DNA of 64,000 nt from Candidatus Aminicenantes bacterium (GTDB taxonomy: Bacteria > Acidobacteriota > Aminicenantia > Aminicenantales > Saccharicenantaceae). The stretch covers positions 257,520 to 321,519 of the forward strand of contig JACIYJ010000004.1 in NCBI GenBank assembly GCA_014360015.1. Direction: 5' to 3'. Under the pieces are notes generated by a model. It did not search any database and had not been told where the DNA came from. It saw nothing but the letters and a program-made list of their open reading frames with translations. Positions within the stretch are counted from its first letter, which is position 1; each line of letters begins with the position of its first letter. A program made the translations under genes and the position numbers. Positions 28,319 to 37,006 of the stretch are shown in pieces.

Positions 28319-28670
28319 ATCTTATAGCCTATCTCTCACCAAAGACCGCCAAAAGAGATTTTTGCCCGAAATTTTTATTATTATATTTTCCTTTCATTCC
28401 CATTCTCAGTCAATCCTCAATTCAGATTAATCAGGGGGTGAAATTAATATTTTTTTGTCTCACCTTTTCGGGTAACCTGAAAGTTTCCTGCCCCGTTTCG
28501 CCTGAACCTGCTGCACACGGAAACCCGCCATTCTTCTCTGACTGCTATTTCATTTCCTGGTGTTTATTAAATAATCTAAGCCAGGAGAATTTTCAAGATT
28601 TTTTTGATTTTTCAATTTTACTAAGCTTCAGCCGACTAAAGTGATGTGAAAGGGAAAAAGAGGCTTATAA

Positions 28671-29672
28671 ATGACTGCTGATTATATAAAGAATAACGGG
28701 AAAGAAATCATTAAAGCCATCATCGAAAATATCAAAGAAAGTATTTATGTGGTCTCCTCCCGTGGTTTTGAATTCGTCAATCCTGCCTTTGAAAGGCTCA
28801 CCGGTTACAGCGAAAAGGAGATATATTCCAAAAATTTCAATTTTCTCCAGCTCGTCCACCCAGACGACAGACATCTTTTTTCTGCTAAAAAATCACCGTT
28901 CTCCAAGCCAAGCCTCCCGGCCTCTTCCGAGCTGATCGAATTCCGCCTAATCACCAGGAAAGGAGAAGTCAAGTACGTTGAAGCCAGCACTTCTTCTCTA
29001 AAAGAAAACCCTGACCAGACCTTAGTCATTCTTAGAGATATAACTTCCAGAAAAAAAGCTGAAGAAGAATTGACCCAAACTCTCGATAAATTAAGAAAAG
29101 CTATGTCGGCCACCATTCAGGCTATTTCTCTGACAATTGAATCAAGAGACCCTTACACCGCCGGTCATCAGAAAAGAGTTTCAGATTTGGCCCGGTCTAT
29201 TGCCACCAGACTTACTCTCCCAGCAGAGCAAATCGAGGAGATAAGGTTAGCCGCCCTGGTTCACGACTTGGGAAAAATCTCGGTTCCGGCTGAAATTCTG
29301 AACAAGCCTGGACGTCTCAGTCCTCATGAATTTGACCTGATCAAAGACCACCCGAGGGTTGGCTACGAAATCCTGAAAACCATCGATTTCCCTTGGCCGG
29401 TAGCGGAGATTGTCTATCAACACCATGAAAGAATCGATGGCTCAGGTTATCCTCAGCGATTAAAAGAAGGCCAGATTCACCCCATGGCCAGAATTCTGTC
29501 TGTGGCTGATGTGGTTGAAGCTATGCTTTCTCATCGTCCTTACCGTTCGGCTTTTGCCCCGCGGGAAGTCATCCGGGAAATTAAAATGAATAAAGGCATA
29601 ACTTATGACCCCCAGGCTGTCGAGGCCTGCGTCGACATAATCAGAGAGAGATATCAGCTGGCCAGGGAATAG
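28671..29672 (+). CDS. PAS-HD-GYP domain protein (c-di-GMP phosphodiesterase), divergent from pilB
   Basis: A PAS module is followed by HD-GYP (HDLGKISVP...HHERIDGSGYPQRL). It is a close paralog of the HD-GYP region of the 2274-3677 gene. Confidence 0.85.
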   Translation: MTADYIKNNGKEIIKAIIENIKESIYVVSSRGFEFVNPAFERLTGYSEKEIYSKNFNFLQLVHPDDRHLFSAKKSPFSKPSLPASSELIEFRLITRKGEVKYVEASTSSLKENPDQTLVILRDITSRKKAEEELTQTLDKLRKAMSATIQAISLTIESRDPYTAGHQKRVSDLARSIATRLTLPAEQIEEIRLAALVHDLGKISVPAEILNKPGRLSPHEFDLIKDHPRVGYEILKTIDFPWPVAEIVYQHHERIDGSGYPQRLKEGQIHPMARILSVADVVEAMLSHRPYRSAFAPREVIREIKMNKGITYDPQAVEACVDIIRERYQLARE

Positions 29673-29913
29673 TCAATCTATTGAAAATCACCATATTGTC
29701 TCCTTAAGGAAGACCCCTTTTTTGAAAAGAATTAGACCATTAAAGCTGTCTGCTTAATTTATTGGTTCCTCCGGCTTCTTAATTTTTGGCATCCTTTCGA
29801 TGATATCTGCCCCAGTTTGATCCCATTCCATTTTTTATTTATTTCTGGTGAGATGCCTTTGATTTTGCTGGTTGACTGAACCAGCCTGAGAATAGCAAAT
29901 AATAAAAGAAAAA

Positions 29914-29987
29914 CGCGCCTGGAGGGATTCGAACCCCCGACCCGCTGCTTAGAAGGCAGCTGCTCTATCCTGCTGAGCTACAGGCGC
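29914..29987 (-). tRNA. tRNA-Arg (anticodon TCT)
   Basis: A manual cloverleaf fits: acceptor GCGCCTG/CAGGCGC, D-arm GCTC/GAGC, anticodon stem GCTGC/GCAGC with loop CTTCTAA, T-arm GGGGG-TTCGAAT-CCCTC, discriminator G. No CCA is encoded. Confidence 0.9.
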
Positions 29988-30009
29988 GCAGGTTTCTCAA
30001 ATCAGAAAA

Positions 30010-30084
30010 TCGGGGAGATCGGATTTGAACCGACGACCTCCTGCTCCCAAGGCAGGCGCGCTAACCAGGCTGCGCCACTCCCCG
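30010..30084 (-). tRNA. tRNA-Pro (anticodon TGG)
   Basis: A manual cloverleaf fits: acceptor CGGGGAG/CTCCCCG (C1:G72, typical of bacterial tRNA-Pro), anticodon stem CCTGC/GCAGG with loop CTTGGGA (G37), T-loop TTCAAAT, discriminator A. It sits 22 nt upstream of tRNA-Arg on the same strand. Confidence 0.9.
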
Positions 30085-30139
30085 TTTTTAAATCAAAAAT
30101 CAAAGAACAGGGCAGTTCTGCCACCACTTTTGAGCTAAA

Positions 30140-30169
30140 ATGTTAACAGAAAGACCCCGAGATTGTCAA
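30140..30169 (-). promoter_or_regulatory. Candidate promoter for the tRNA-Pro/tRNA-Arg pair (TTGACA-18-TAACAT)
   Basis: On the minus strand, TTGACA (30169-30164), an 18 nt spacer and TAACAT (30145-30140) lie about 55 nt upstream of the tRNA-Pro 5' end. Confidence 0.3.
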
Positions 30170-30183
30170 TTTAACCGGGGTTA

Positions 30184-31941
30184 TTAGGGCTGACGTCCAA
30201 GTGTCCGTTCTATCTTTGAACGGTCTATTCTGATAACCACGGGCCGGCCATGCGGACAGACTCCCGGATGTTCAGTCTGAAATAGTTCAGAAGTCAGAAA
30301 TTCCATCTCTGCTCTGGTTAAAGGCTGGCCGGCTTTAATTGCTGTTTTGCAGGCCATGGTAGCCAACATTCTGGTTCTCTTATCCTTAAACTTATCGCTG
30401 CTGGCTTCTTCCAGAAGAGACAGCAAAATGTCTGAAGCTTCCTTTTCCTTAAAAACATCCGGATATTCTTTAAGGGCAAAACTGTTCCTGCCTATTGGTT
30501 CAAGCCTGAACCCCACTTCCTCCAGCTCGTTCTGAAGTTCTTCATAATTTAGCCGCTGGGCAGGTGATAACTCCAGTACTGAAGGAAACAGCATCTGCCT
30601 CGAAGTCCAGGTTCTGTTTTTGTCCATCTGCTGAAATTTTTCAAAAAGAATTCTTTCATGAGCATTATGTTGGTCGATGATAAAAAGGCCCTCATTTGAA
30701 GACACCACTAAGTAAGAATTCAGATACTGACCCAGAACCTGATAAGGCTTCCGGCTTTCAGCCAGATTTTCCGATATGCCTTTTAATCTATGTCCTCCCG
30801 GCTCTCTCCTCTTTTGATCTGCAGGCAATTCAGCTTCATTCAGGTTCAAACTGGCCTGATTGTTTAGAGCTTCTTGGGAGGTTTCTGTCTCTATTTCTCC
30901 GGGTTTCTTTTCTTTTTCGACTTCCTCATCCACAATAATCGGCTTGACCAGACTTTCATGTTGAGCCGCAAATTCCACCGCTCTCAGGATTAGCCTGTAA
31001 ACCTGCTGTGGTTCTTTGAACCGGACTTCCGCCTTAGCCGGATGGACGTTGACATCTACTTGGTCATAAGGAATTTCCAGAAAAAGAAAACATTCTGGAT
31101 TCTTCTGTTTTTCCAGAAGCCCGAGGTAGGCCTGGGTTAAGGCTGCTATTAACATTCTGTCTTTAACCGGCCGCCGGTTGACAAAGAAAAGCTGATGCTG
31201 ACGGTCGAAGCGTCCGGAAAAGGGCCTGGAGCTCAAGCCAGATATTTTATAGCCGCCTTCCTCATAATCAACCGACATCAAATTGTCCAGTAATTTTTTC
31301 CCGTAAAGCTGATAAACCCGATCTTTTAAGGATAAAACCGACGGGCAGTTAATTATTTCCCGGTTATTGTGGCTTAAACTGAATTTAACTTCTGGAAAAG
31401 CTAAGGCTACCTGGGTTAGATAGTTCACTATAAGGCTTAATTCCGACCTCTCAGCTCTGAGAAATTTTCTGCGGGCCGGCAGGTTGAAGAAAAGATCACG
31501 CACTTCAACTAAGGTTCCCCGGGGGAAAGCGATTTCTGAAAAACGAATCAGCTTATCCCCTTCCCTTTCTACTTGATAACCCTTATCTCCAGAACCATTA
31601 AAGGTTTTAAGAGTCAGCCTGGAAACAGCCGAGATACTGGCTAAAGCTTCTCCTCTAAAACCAAGAGTGGCAATTCGCTCCAGGTCTTCTTCTCTGGCGA
31701 TTTTACTGGTGGCATGCCGCCTGAAACAAAGAACTGCATCTTCCTGGCTCATCCCGCAGCCATTGTCCTGAATGCGGATGAGCTTTTTCCCGCCGTCTAT
31801 AAGCTCAATCCTTATTTCTGTTGCCCCGGCATCAAGAGAGTTTTCTACGAGCTCTTTAACTACTGAAACCGGACGTTCTACCACTTCACCAGCGGCAATT
31901 TTCTGGGCTACTTCGGGCGGAAGAATTTTGATCAGGCCCAT
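30184..31941 (-). CDS. mutL: DNA mismatch repair protein MutL
   Basis: A GHKL ATPase N-terminus (IAAGEVVERPVSVVKELVENSLDAG, DNGCGM) precedes a MutL C-terminal dimerisation domain. Confidence 0.9.
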   Translation of the reverse strand: MGLIKILPPEVAQKIAAGEVVERPVSVVKELVENSLDAGATEIRIELIDGGKKLIRIQDNGCGMSQEDAVLCFRRHATSKIAREEDLERIATLGFRGEALASISAVSRLTLKTFNGSGDKGYQVEREGDKLIRFSEIAFPRGTLVEVRDLFFNLPARRKFLRAERSELSLIVNYLTQVALAFPEVKFSLSHNNREIINCPSVLSLKDRVYQLYGKKLLDNLMSVDYEEGGYKISGLSSRPFSGRFDRQHQLFFVNRRPVKDRMLIAALTQAYLGLLEKQKNPECFLFLEIPYDQVDVNVHPAKAEVRFKEPQQVYRLILRAVEFAAQHESLVKPIIVDEEVEKEKKPGEIETETSQEALNNQASLNLNEAELPADQKRREPGGHRLKGISENLAESRKPYQVLGQYLNSYLVVSSNEGLFIIDQHNAHERILFEKFQQMDKNRTWTSRQMLFPSVLELSPAQRLNYEELQNELEEVGFRLEPIGRNSFALKEYPDVFKEKEASDILLSLLEEASSDKFKDKRTRMLATMACKTAIKAGQPLTRAEMEFLTSELFQTEHPGVCPHGRPVVIRIDRSKIERTLGRQP

Positions 31942-33189
31942 TTAAACCACCTCACCTTTAACTGCATACGGGCTGATTTCGCTTATCCGAACCTTAATGA
32001 GCTGGCGCAAGGTAACATCCACGTTTTTATCCAGGATGACCTTCAGGTAATTTGAGGTCAGAGTTTCAATTTGGAGACCATTCTTTTTAACCACGATTGC
32101 CGGCAAAGTCTGGCTTAGAAAGTTTTTCTTAAAAGCCAGATTTTTCTCTCTTGACAGCTTCCTCAGCTCTTCCGACCTTTTCTTCTTGATTTTCTCATCC
32201 ACCTGTGGCCAGCAAGCCGCTGGCGTGCCTTCCCGTGGGGAAAAAGAAAACACATGAAAATAGGTCAGAGGTGAAGAAGCTAAGAAATTTTTCAAAAATT
32301 CGTAATCTGTCTCTTGTTCCCCAGGAAAGCCAACAATGATATCAGCTCCGAGGCTGGCTTCAGGCCGGCCTTTTCTTAAATACTCCAGTATCTGGAGATA
32401 TTCTTCCGGCCTGCTTTTCCTGCCCATTTTTTTGAGTACTTCAACCGAAGCATGCTGGAGCGAAAGATGAAAGTGCGGACAGATTTTTTCTTCAGAAACC
32501 AGAAATTCCAGAAGCTCTGTCGGCATGAGTCTCGGGTCGAGCGAGCTCAATCTAAGAAGCTTGAGTCCTGGAATCTGAGTTAAGCTTTTCAGTAGCTCCA
32601 GCAGAGACGACTTTGGGCTCAGGTCCTGTCCATAAGCACAGAGATGAATTCCAGCCAGGACAACTTCATTGTACCCCTGGTTAATCGCTCTTCTTACCTG
32701 CTCAACCACCTGTCCCGCAGGCACACTCCGGCTTTTCCCGCGAAGCGATGGAATTATGCAGAAGGTGCAGTGGGAATCACAGCCATCCTGGACTTTTACC
32801 AGGGCTCTTGATCTGAATGGCCGTCTTTCCACTGCTTCATCTTTTATCCCTGTCAGCTTTAAAAGTTCTTCCAGGAGATTGTCCTTCCGAGAATTTGGAA
32901 TGATCAGGGACACATTGGGAAATTTCTTGAATTCTTCGGAACTTTTCTCGGCCAGGCAACCGGTGATGATCAGCTTGGCCTGAGGCGATTCACGCTGCAG
33001 GCGTCGGATGAACTGACGAACGTCGGCTTCAGCTCTGGCTGTCAGAGCGCAGGAGTTGACGACGACCACATCAGATTTACGCCAGTCTTTTTCCACATAA
33101 ATCCCAGCTTCAGCTAAGCGGTCCGACCAGTCAAAAGCTTCAGCCTGATTTACCCGGCAGCCGAAGTTATGGATAAAAACCGAGGTCAT
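31942..33189 (-). CDS. MiaB/MtaB/RimO-family radical-SAM methylthiotransferase
   Basis: An N-terminal MTTase domain (three Cys: FGCRVN, NSCALT, TGC) is followed by a radical-SAM CDSHCTFC motif and a C-terminal TRAM domain. Its size of 415 aa best fits the MtaB type. Confidence 0.8.
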   Translation of the reverse strand: MTSVFIHNFGCRVNQAEAFDWSDRLAEAGIYVEKDWRKSDVVVVNSCALTARAEADVRQFIRRLQRESPQAKLIITGCLAEKSSEEFKKFPNVSLIIPNSRKDNLLEELLKLTGIKDEAVERRPFRSRALVKVQDGCDSHCTFCIIPSLRGKSRSVPAGQVVEQVRRAINQGYNEVVLAGIHLCAYGQDLSPKSSLLELLKSLTQIPGLKLLRLSSLDPRLMPTELLEFLVSEEKICPHFHLSLQHASVEVLKKMGRKSRPEEYLQILEYLRKGRPEASLGADIIVGFPGEQETDYEFLKNFLASSPLTYFHVFSFSPREGTPAACWPQVDEKIKKKRSEELRKLSREKNLAFKKNFLSQTLPAIVVKKNGLQIETLTSNYLKVILDKNVDVTLRQLIKVRISEISPYAVKGEVV

Positions 33190-33677
33190 AACTTTTCTTT
33201 GAGCCTCCTGGAGCTTTCCTCCACCTTTTCGGCCATTTTTTTACGATAGGCCTCAAGCTTATTCTTAAGTTCTTCGTCTCTTACAGCCAGAATGGAAATT
33301 GCCAGAAGCGCGGCATTGGCTCCGCCAGTTTTCCCTAAGGCCACCGTGGCCACTGGAATACCCTTAGGCATCTGGACGATCGAAAGAAGTGCATCCAGCC
33401 CGGCTAAGGCCTGACTTTCCACTGGCACTCCGATTACGGGACAAACCGTGTGAGAAGCGACTACTCCCGGAAGATGAGCTGCTTTGCCGGCAACAGCGAT
33501 AAATATCTTTGTCCCCTGCTGTTCGGCTTCCTTTATCAGCCTGACCGTTCTCTCCGGTGAGCGATGGGCTGAAGTTACTTCTAAATTAAAAGGCACCTGG
33601 AATTCTTTAAGAATCTCCAGTCCTTCTTTGATAACTTCAAAATCAGAATCGCTGCCTAAAAAAATGGTTACACTCAT
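33186..33677 (-). CDS. purE: N5-carboxyaminoimidazole ribonucleotide mutase PurE
   Basis: GSDSD, AGKAAHLPGVVA and TVCPVIGVPV are PurE class I motifs. Confidence 0.9.
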   Translation of the reverse strand: MSVTIFLGSDSDFEVIKEGLEILKEFQVPFNLEVTSAHRSPERTVRLIKEAEQQGTKIFIAVAGKAAHLPGVVASHTVCPVIGVPVESQALAGLDALLSIVQMPKGIPVATVALGKTGGANAALLAISILAVRDEELKNKLEAYRKKMAEKVEESSRRLKEKL

Positions 33678-34975
33678 CTTGCCTCCTTCACGGCTCCAAT
33701 ATCTTTTCTATAGAACATTCCCTCAAAATAGATCTTGGGTATATGTTCATAAATCTTCTTCATGGTCTGGGCCAGTGTGGGTTCGGAGGCACAGACGTTC
33801 AGCACCCGACCGCCGTTGGTGTAAAACTGGCCATTGACGAAGCTTGTTCCAGCATGAAAGATCACCAGACCCGGGACCTTAGCCACTTCTTCCAGTCCAG
33901 TGATCAATTTCCCTTTTTCATATTTTAGGGGATAACCACCTGAAGCCAGCACCACACAGCCAGAAGGCTTGGAACTCCATTTGATTTCTTCTCTCAAAAG
34001 ATCTTCATCTACCACTGACATCAGGACTTCGACCAGGTCGCTTTCCAGCCGCAACATCTGAGCCTGGGTTTCAGGGTCTCCGAAGCGGCAGTTGTATTCC
34101 AGAACTTTGGGGCCATCGTCAGTAATCATCAAACCAGCATAAAGAGTTCCTTTAAAGCGCCGGCCTTCTTCCAGAAGCCGGGTGACTGTCGGGAAAATTA
34201 TCTCATCCATTATCTGGTTGAAAAGTTGTTCCGAAACAAAAGGCGATGGAGAAATAGCACCCATGCCTCCGGTATTGGGACCTTTATCACCATCATAAGC
34301 GGCTTTGTGGTCCATGGTAGTCACCAGTGGCTGAACGCGAATTCCATCAGTTATGACAATAAACGATACTTCTCGGCCTCTCAGAAATTCTTCGATGACT
34401 ACCCGCTCTCCGGCCGGACCAAATTTTTTCTTGACCATCATCTCCACGATGGTGTCTTCTGCTCTCTTGACGTTGGCACAAACAGAGACGCCTTTTCCCG
34501 CGGCCAGACCCTCAGCCTTGATCACCACCGGGTATTCGAATTCTCCGGAGTTTAGAATCTTCATGGCCTGGTCAGGATTATCGGCCACCCGAAACCGTCC
34601 GGTCGGAATTCGGTGTCTCTTCATAAATTCCTTAGCAAAAACTTTGCTCTTTTCTATCTCAGCCGCTTTTTTGCTCGGTCCATAAATCTTCAGTCCCCGA
34701 TTCTCAAACTCATCCACAATTCCCATAGCTAAGGGAACTTCAGGACCGACCACGGTCAGGTCGATTTTCTTTTCTTCAGCAAACCGGGCCAGCATAGAGA
34801 TGTTGGTTTCCTCAATCGGCACTATCTCAGCAATCTGAGCCATCCCGCCGTTTCCCGGTGCACAGTAAAGCTGCTCGCAGTGAGGACTCTGGGCAAGTTT
34901 CCAGGCTAAAGCATGTTCCCGTCCGCCAGACCCGACGACTAAAATCTTCATCTTTCCTCCTTTTTTAATCAGCAA
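33674..34975 (-). CDS. purD: Phosphoribosylamine-glycine ligase PurD
   Basis: MKILVVGSGGREHALAWKL and an ATP-grasp core give collinearity with GARS throughout. Confidence 0.9.
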   Translation of the reverse strand: MLIKKGGKMKILVVGSGGREHALAWKLAQSPHCEQLYCAPGNGGMAQIAEIVPIEETNISMLARFAEEKKIDLTVVGPEVPLAMGIVDEFENRGLKIYGPSKKAAEIEKSKVFAKEFMKRHRIPTGRFRVADNPDQAMKILNSGEFEYPVVIKAEGLAAGKGVSVCANVKRAEDTIVEMMVKKKFGPAGERVVIEEFLRGREVSFIVITDGIRVQPLVTTMDHKAAYDGDKGPNTGGMGAISPSPFVSEQLFNQIMDEIIFPTVTRLLEEGRRFKGTLYAGLMITDDGPKVLEYNCRFGDPETQAQMLRLESDLVEVLMSVVDEDLLREEIKWSSKPSGCVVLASGGYPLKYEKGKLITGLEEVAKVPGLVIFHAGTSFVNGQFYTNGGRVLNVCASEPTLAQTMKKIYEHIPKIYFEGMFYRKDIGAVKEAR

Positions 34976-36416
34976 GTTCCTTAGCTTTTTTAACCAGATT
35001 TTCCGCCATCAGCATTCCCACTTCTTTAGAAGGTAGAATGCTCAGGAGCAACTTAGAAGCCAGCTCCACTGCCTGTTTCTCCGGGAGGCAGTACTGCATC
35101 TCCAGAAAGTTCTGCCGGTAGCGCCTGACTTCTTCCTTGACCTTTTTGTTCCTGATGACCACATCAGCAATCAACCCGGCCAGAATCTCAAAATCCTTTT
35201 CTTTCATCCCGAACCTGGTCATTTCCTGAACGCCCATTCTGATTCCTGACGATTCCAGAAAAGTAGTGTCATCGGGCAGGGCCTGATAATTGGTCAGGAT
35301 GTTGTTATCTTCTAAGCGACGGGCAATCTCCTGGCCGACTCCGAATTTCTTAACCCGGATGAGTACCTGATGGGTTTCTGTAAAACCATCAGCTTCCTCG
35401 CCTTCGACCGGAATGCCGGCTTCCTTGAGATAACGGGCAAAAGCTTTAGCATTTTTCTTAACCTGTGTCTGGTAGGCTTCTTTAAACTCATTCATTTCAT
35501 AAGCTGAAAGCAGCAGACCAAGCAAAGTTCCGAGATGATGGTTGGAGGTCGAACCTGGGAAAGCTCTGCCCTGAATGTCGGTCCAGAGCTGCTTGAACGG
35601 ACTGTTCTCAGGGAAATTGCCGGCGATGACTCCGCGCTGGGTGCCGAAGAAGGTCTTATGAGTGCTGCCAGTCACGAGATCTGCCCCTTCTTCAAACGGA
35701 GACTGAAAGGCTCCATAAAGACCGAGCACGTGAGCCATGTCGTACATCAAAACCGGTCGATCCGGCCAGTCTTTGACCAGGTCATAGACAAACTTCACCG
35801 GTTCCGGATAGAGGAACATGCTTTTGCCGAAAATCACAAGCTCTGGACGATACTCCTTGAGCATACTGGCCAGCCGGTCAAGATCGGCTTTATAGGGATT
35901 GTCCTGACGAACAGGGATATTAACGACTTTTTCTTTTCCGGTGGCCGGGTCTTCTTCGACCAGGTTGAACAGAGCGCCCATCGGTTGGGAACTGAGATGT
36001 CCTCCCTTGTTCAGGTCGTTGTTCATTACCATCCTCAGACGCCGGAAAGGCTGTCCGGCCGGTCTATTCCGGTTGACAAATTTAACCAGCCCTTTGAACA
36101 CCACTTCGTTGGCCATCTGGCCGCTGATGGGTCGGAGCTCGACATCCGTGCAGCCAAAGTACTGGCAGAGTTGCTTTTTAGCTTCAAGCTCTACCTCGCG
36201 GATAAAATCAGTTCCCTGATAAAAATAAATTTCCTGCCCTTTCATCGTCCGGTGCTCAGCGTACCGGCCAGAAGGGTCGGAGATCTCAGCCAGCTTTACC
36301 AGAAGAGAAGGAGTGTTTTCTGAAGGAATCAGGTTAAAACACTCTTTCTGGCGCCAGATGTTATTTTTTTCTATTTTTTCACACCAGAAAGAAATTCTTT
36401 CAGCCAGTGAGCTCAT
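34965..36416 (-). CDS. Serine hydroxymethyltransferase-like PLP enzyme (long, divergent GlyA family member)
   Basis: LIPSENTPS (compare LIASENFTS), GGHLSSQP and the PLP-lysine motif TGSTHKTFFGTQRG (compare GTTHKTLRGPRGG) are present. At 483 aa it has insertions relative to canonical GlyA. Confidence 0.65.
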   Translation of the reverse strand: MSSLAERISFWCEKIEKNNIWRQKECFNLIPSENTPSLLVKLAEISDPSGRYAEHRTMKGQEIYFYQGTDFIREVELEAKKQLCQYFGCTDVELRPISGQMANEVVFKGLVKFVNRNRPAGQPFRRLRMVMNNDLNKGGHLSSQPMGALFNLVEEDPATGKEKVVNIPVRQDNPYKADLDRLASMLKEYRPELVIFGKSMFLYPEPVKFVYDLVKDWPDRPVLMYDMAHVLGLYGAFQSPFEEGADLVTGSTHKTFFGTQRGVIAGNFPENSPFKQLWTDIQGRAFPGSTSNHHLGTLLGLLLSAYEMNEFKEAYQTQVKKNAKAFARYLKEAGIPVEGEEADGFTETHQVLIRVKKFGVGQEIARRLEDNNILTNYQALPDDTTFLESSGIRMGVQEMTRFGMKEKDFEILAGLIADVVIRNKKVKEEVRRYRQNFLEMQYCLPEKQAVELASKLLLSILPSKEVGMLMAENLVKKAKELAD

Positions 36417-36500
36417 TATTTTTCTCCTTTCCGGATAATTTCATTTATCAGATTATGTTTTAAGGCAAACCCTCTCCCAGTCAGAAAGCCTGCTTGCAGA

Positions 36501-36959
36501 TCAAACTTTCTTAAAGTTTCCTTCTTCCAGCTGAGCTATCTTTTTAACCCGGCGCTCGTGTCGTCCGCCTTCAAACTCTTTTTCTAACCAGATTTTAACG
36601 ATAGCGATCGCCTGTTCAGGAGTCAGGACCCGACCCCCCAGAGTCAGGCAGTTGGAATTATTATGCGTCCGGCTGACGGTGGCTGTGAACTCATCCCAGC
36701 AGGGTGTGGCGATGATTCCGGGAAATTTATTGGCCACCACGGCCATGCCCAGCCCCGTACCACAAAAAAGAATTGCCCGATCGCACTCTTTACAGACCAC
36801 TCTGCGGATGGCTTCGGCTCCGTAGTCAACGTAGTCAACATTTTCTCCTGGCCCACAGCCAAAATCGATAAAATCAACTCCGACTGATTTCAGATAATCC
36901 ACGACTGCTTTTTTCAAATCATAGCCCGCATGGTCTGAAGCTAAGGCTAATTTCATCAC
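36501..36959 (-). CDS. rpiB: Ribose-5-phosphate isomerase B (RpiB/LacAB family)
   Basis: MKLALASDHAGYDLKKAVVDYL...GCGPGENVDY...LFCGTGLGMAVVANK matches the RpiB fold and active-site Cys region. Confidence 0.85.
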   Translation of the reverse strand: MMKLALASDHAGYDLKKAVVDYLKSVGVDFIDFGCGPGENVDYVDYGAEAIRRVVCKECDRAILFCGTGLGMAVVANKFPGIIATPCWDEFTATVSRTHNNSNCLTLGGRVLTPEQAIAIVKIWLEKEFEGGRHERRVKKIAQLEEGNFKKV

Positions 36960-37006
36960 CGGCTCCTTTTACCTGATATGATAAAGGCCGAACCAATCCT
37001 CGCGAG

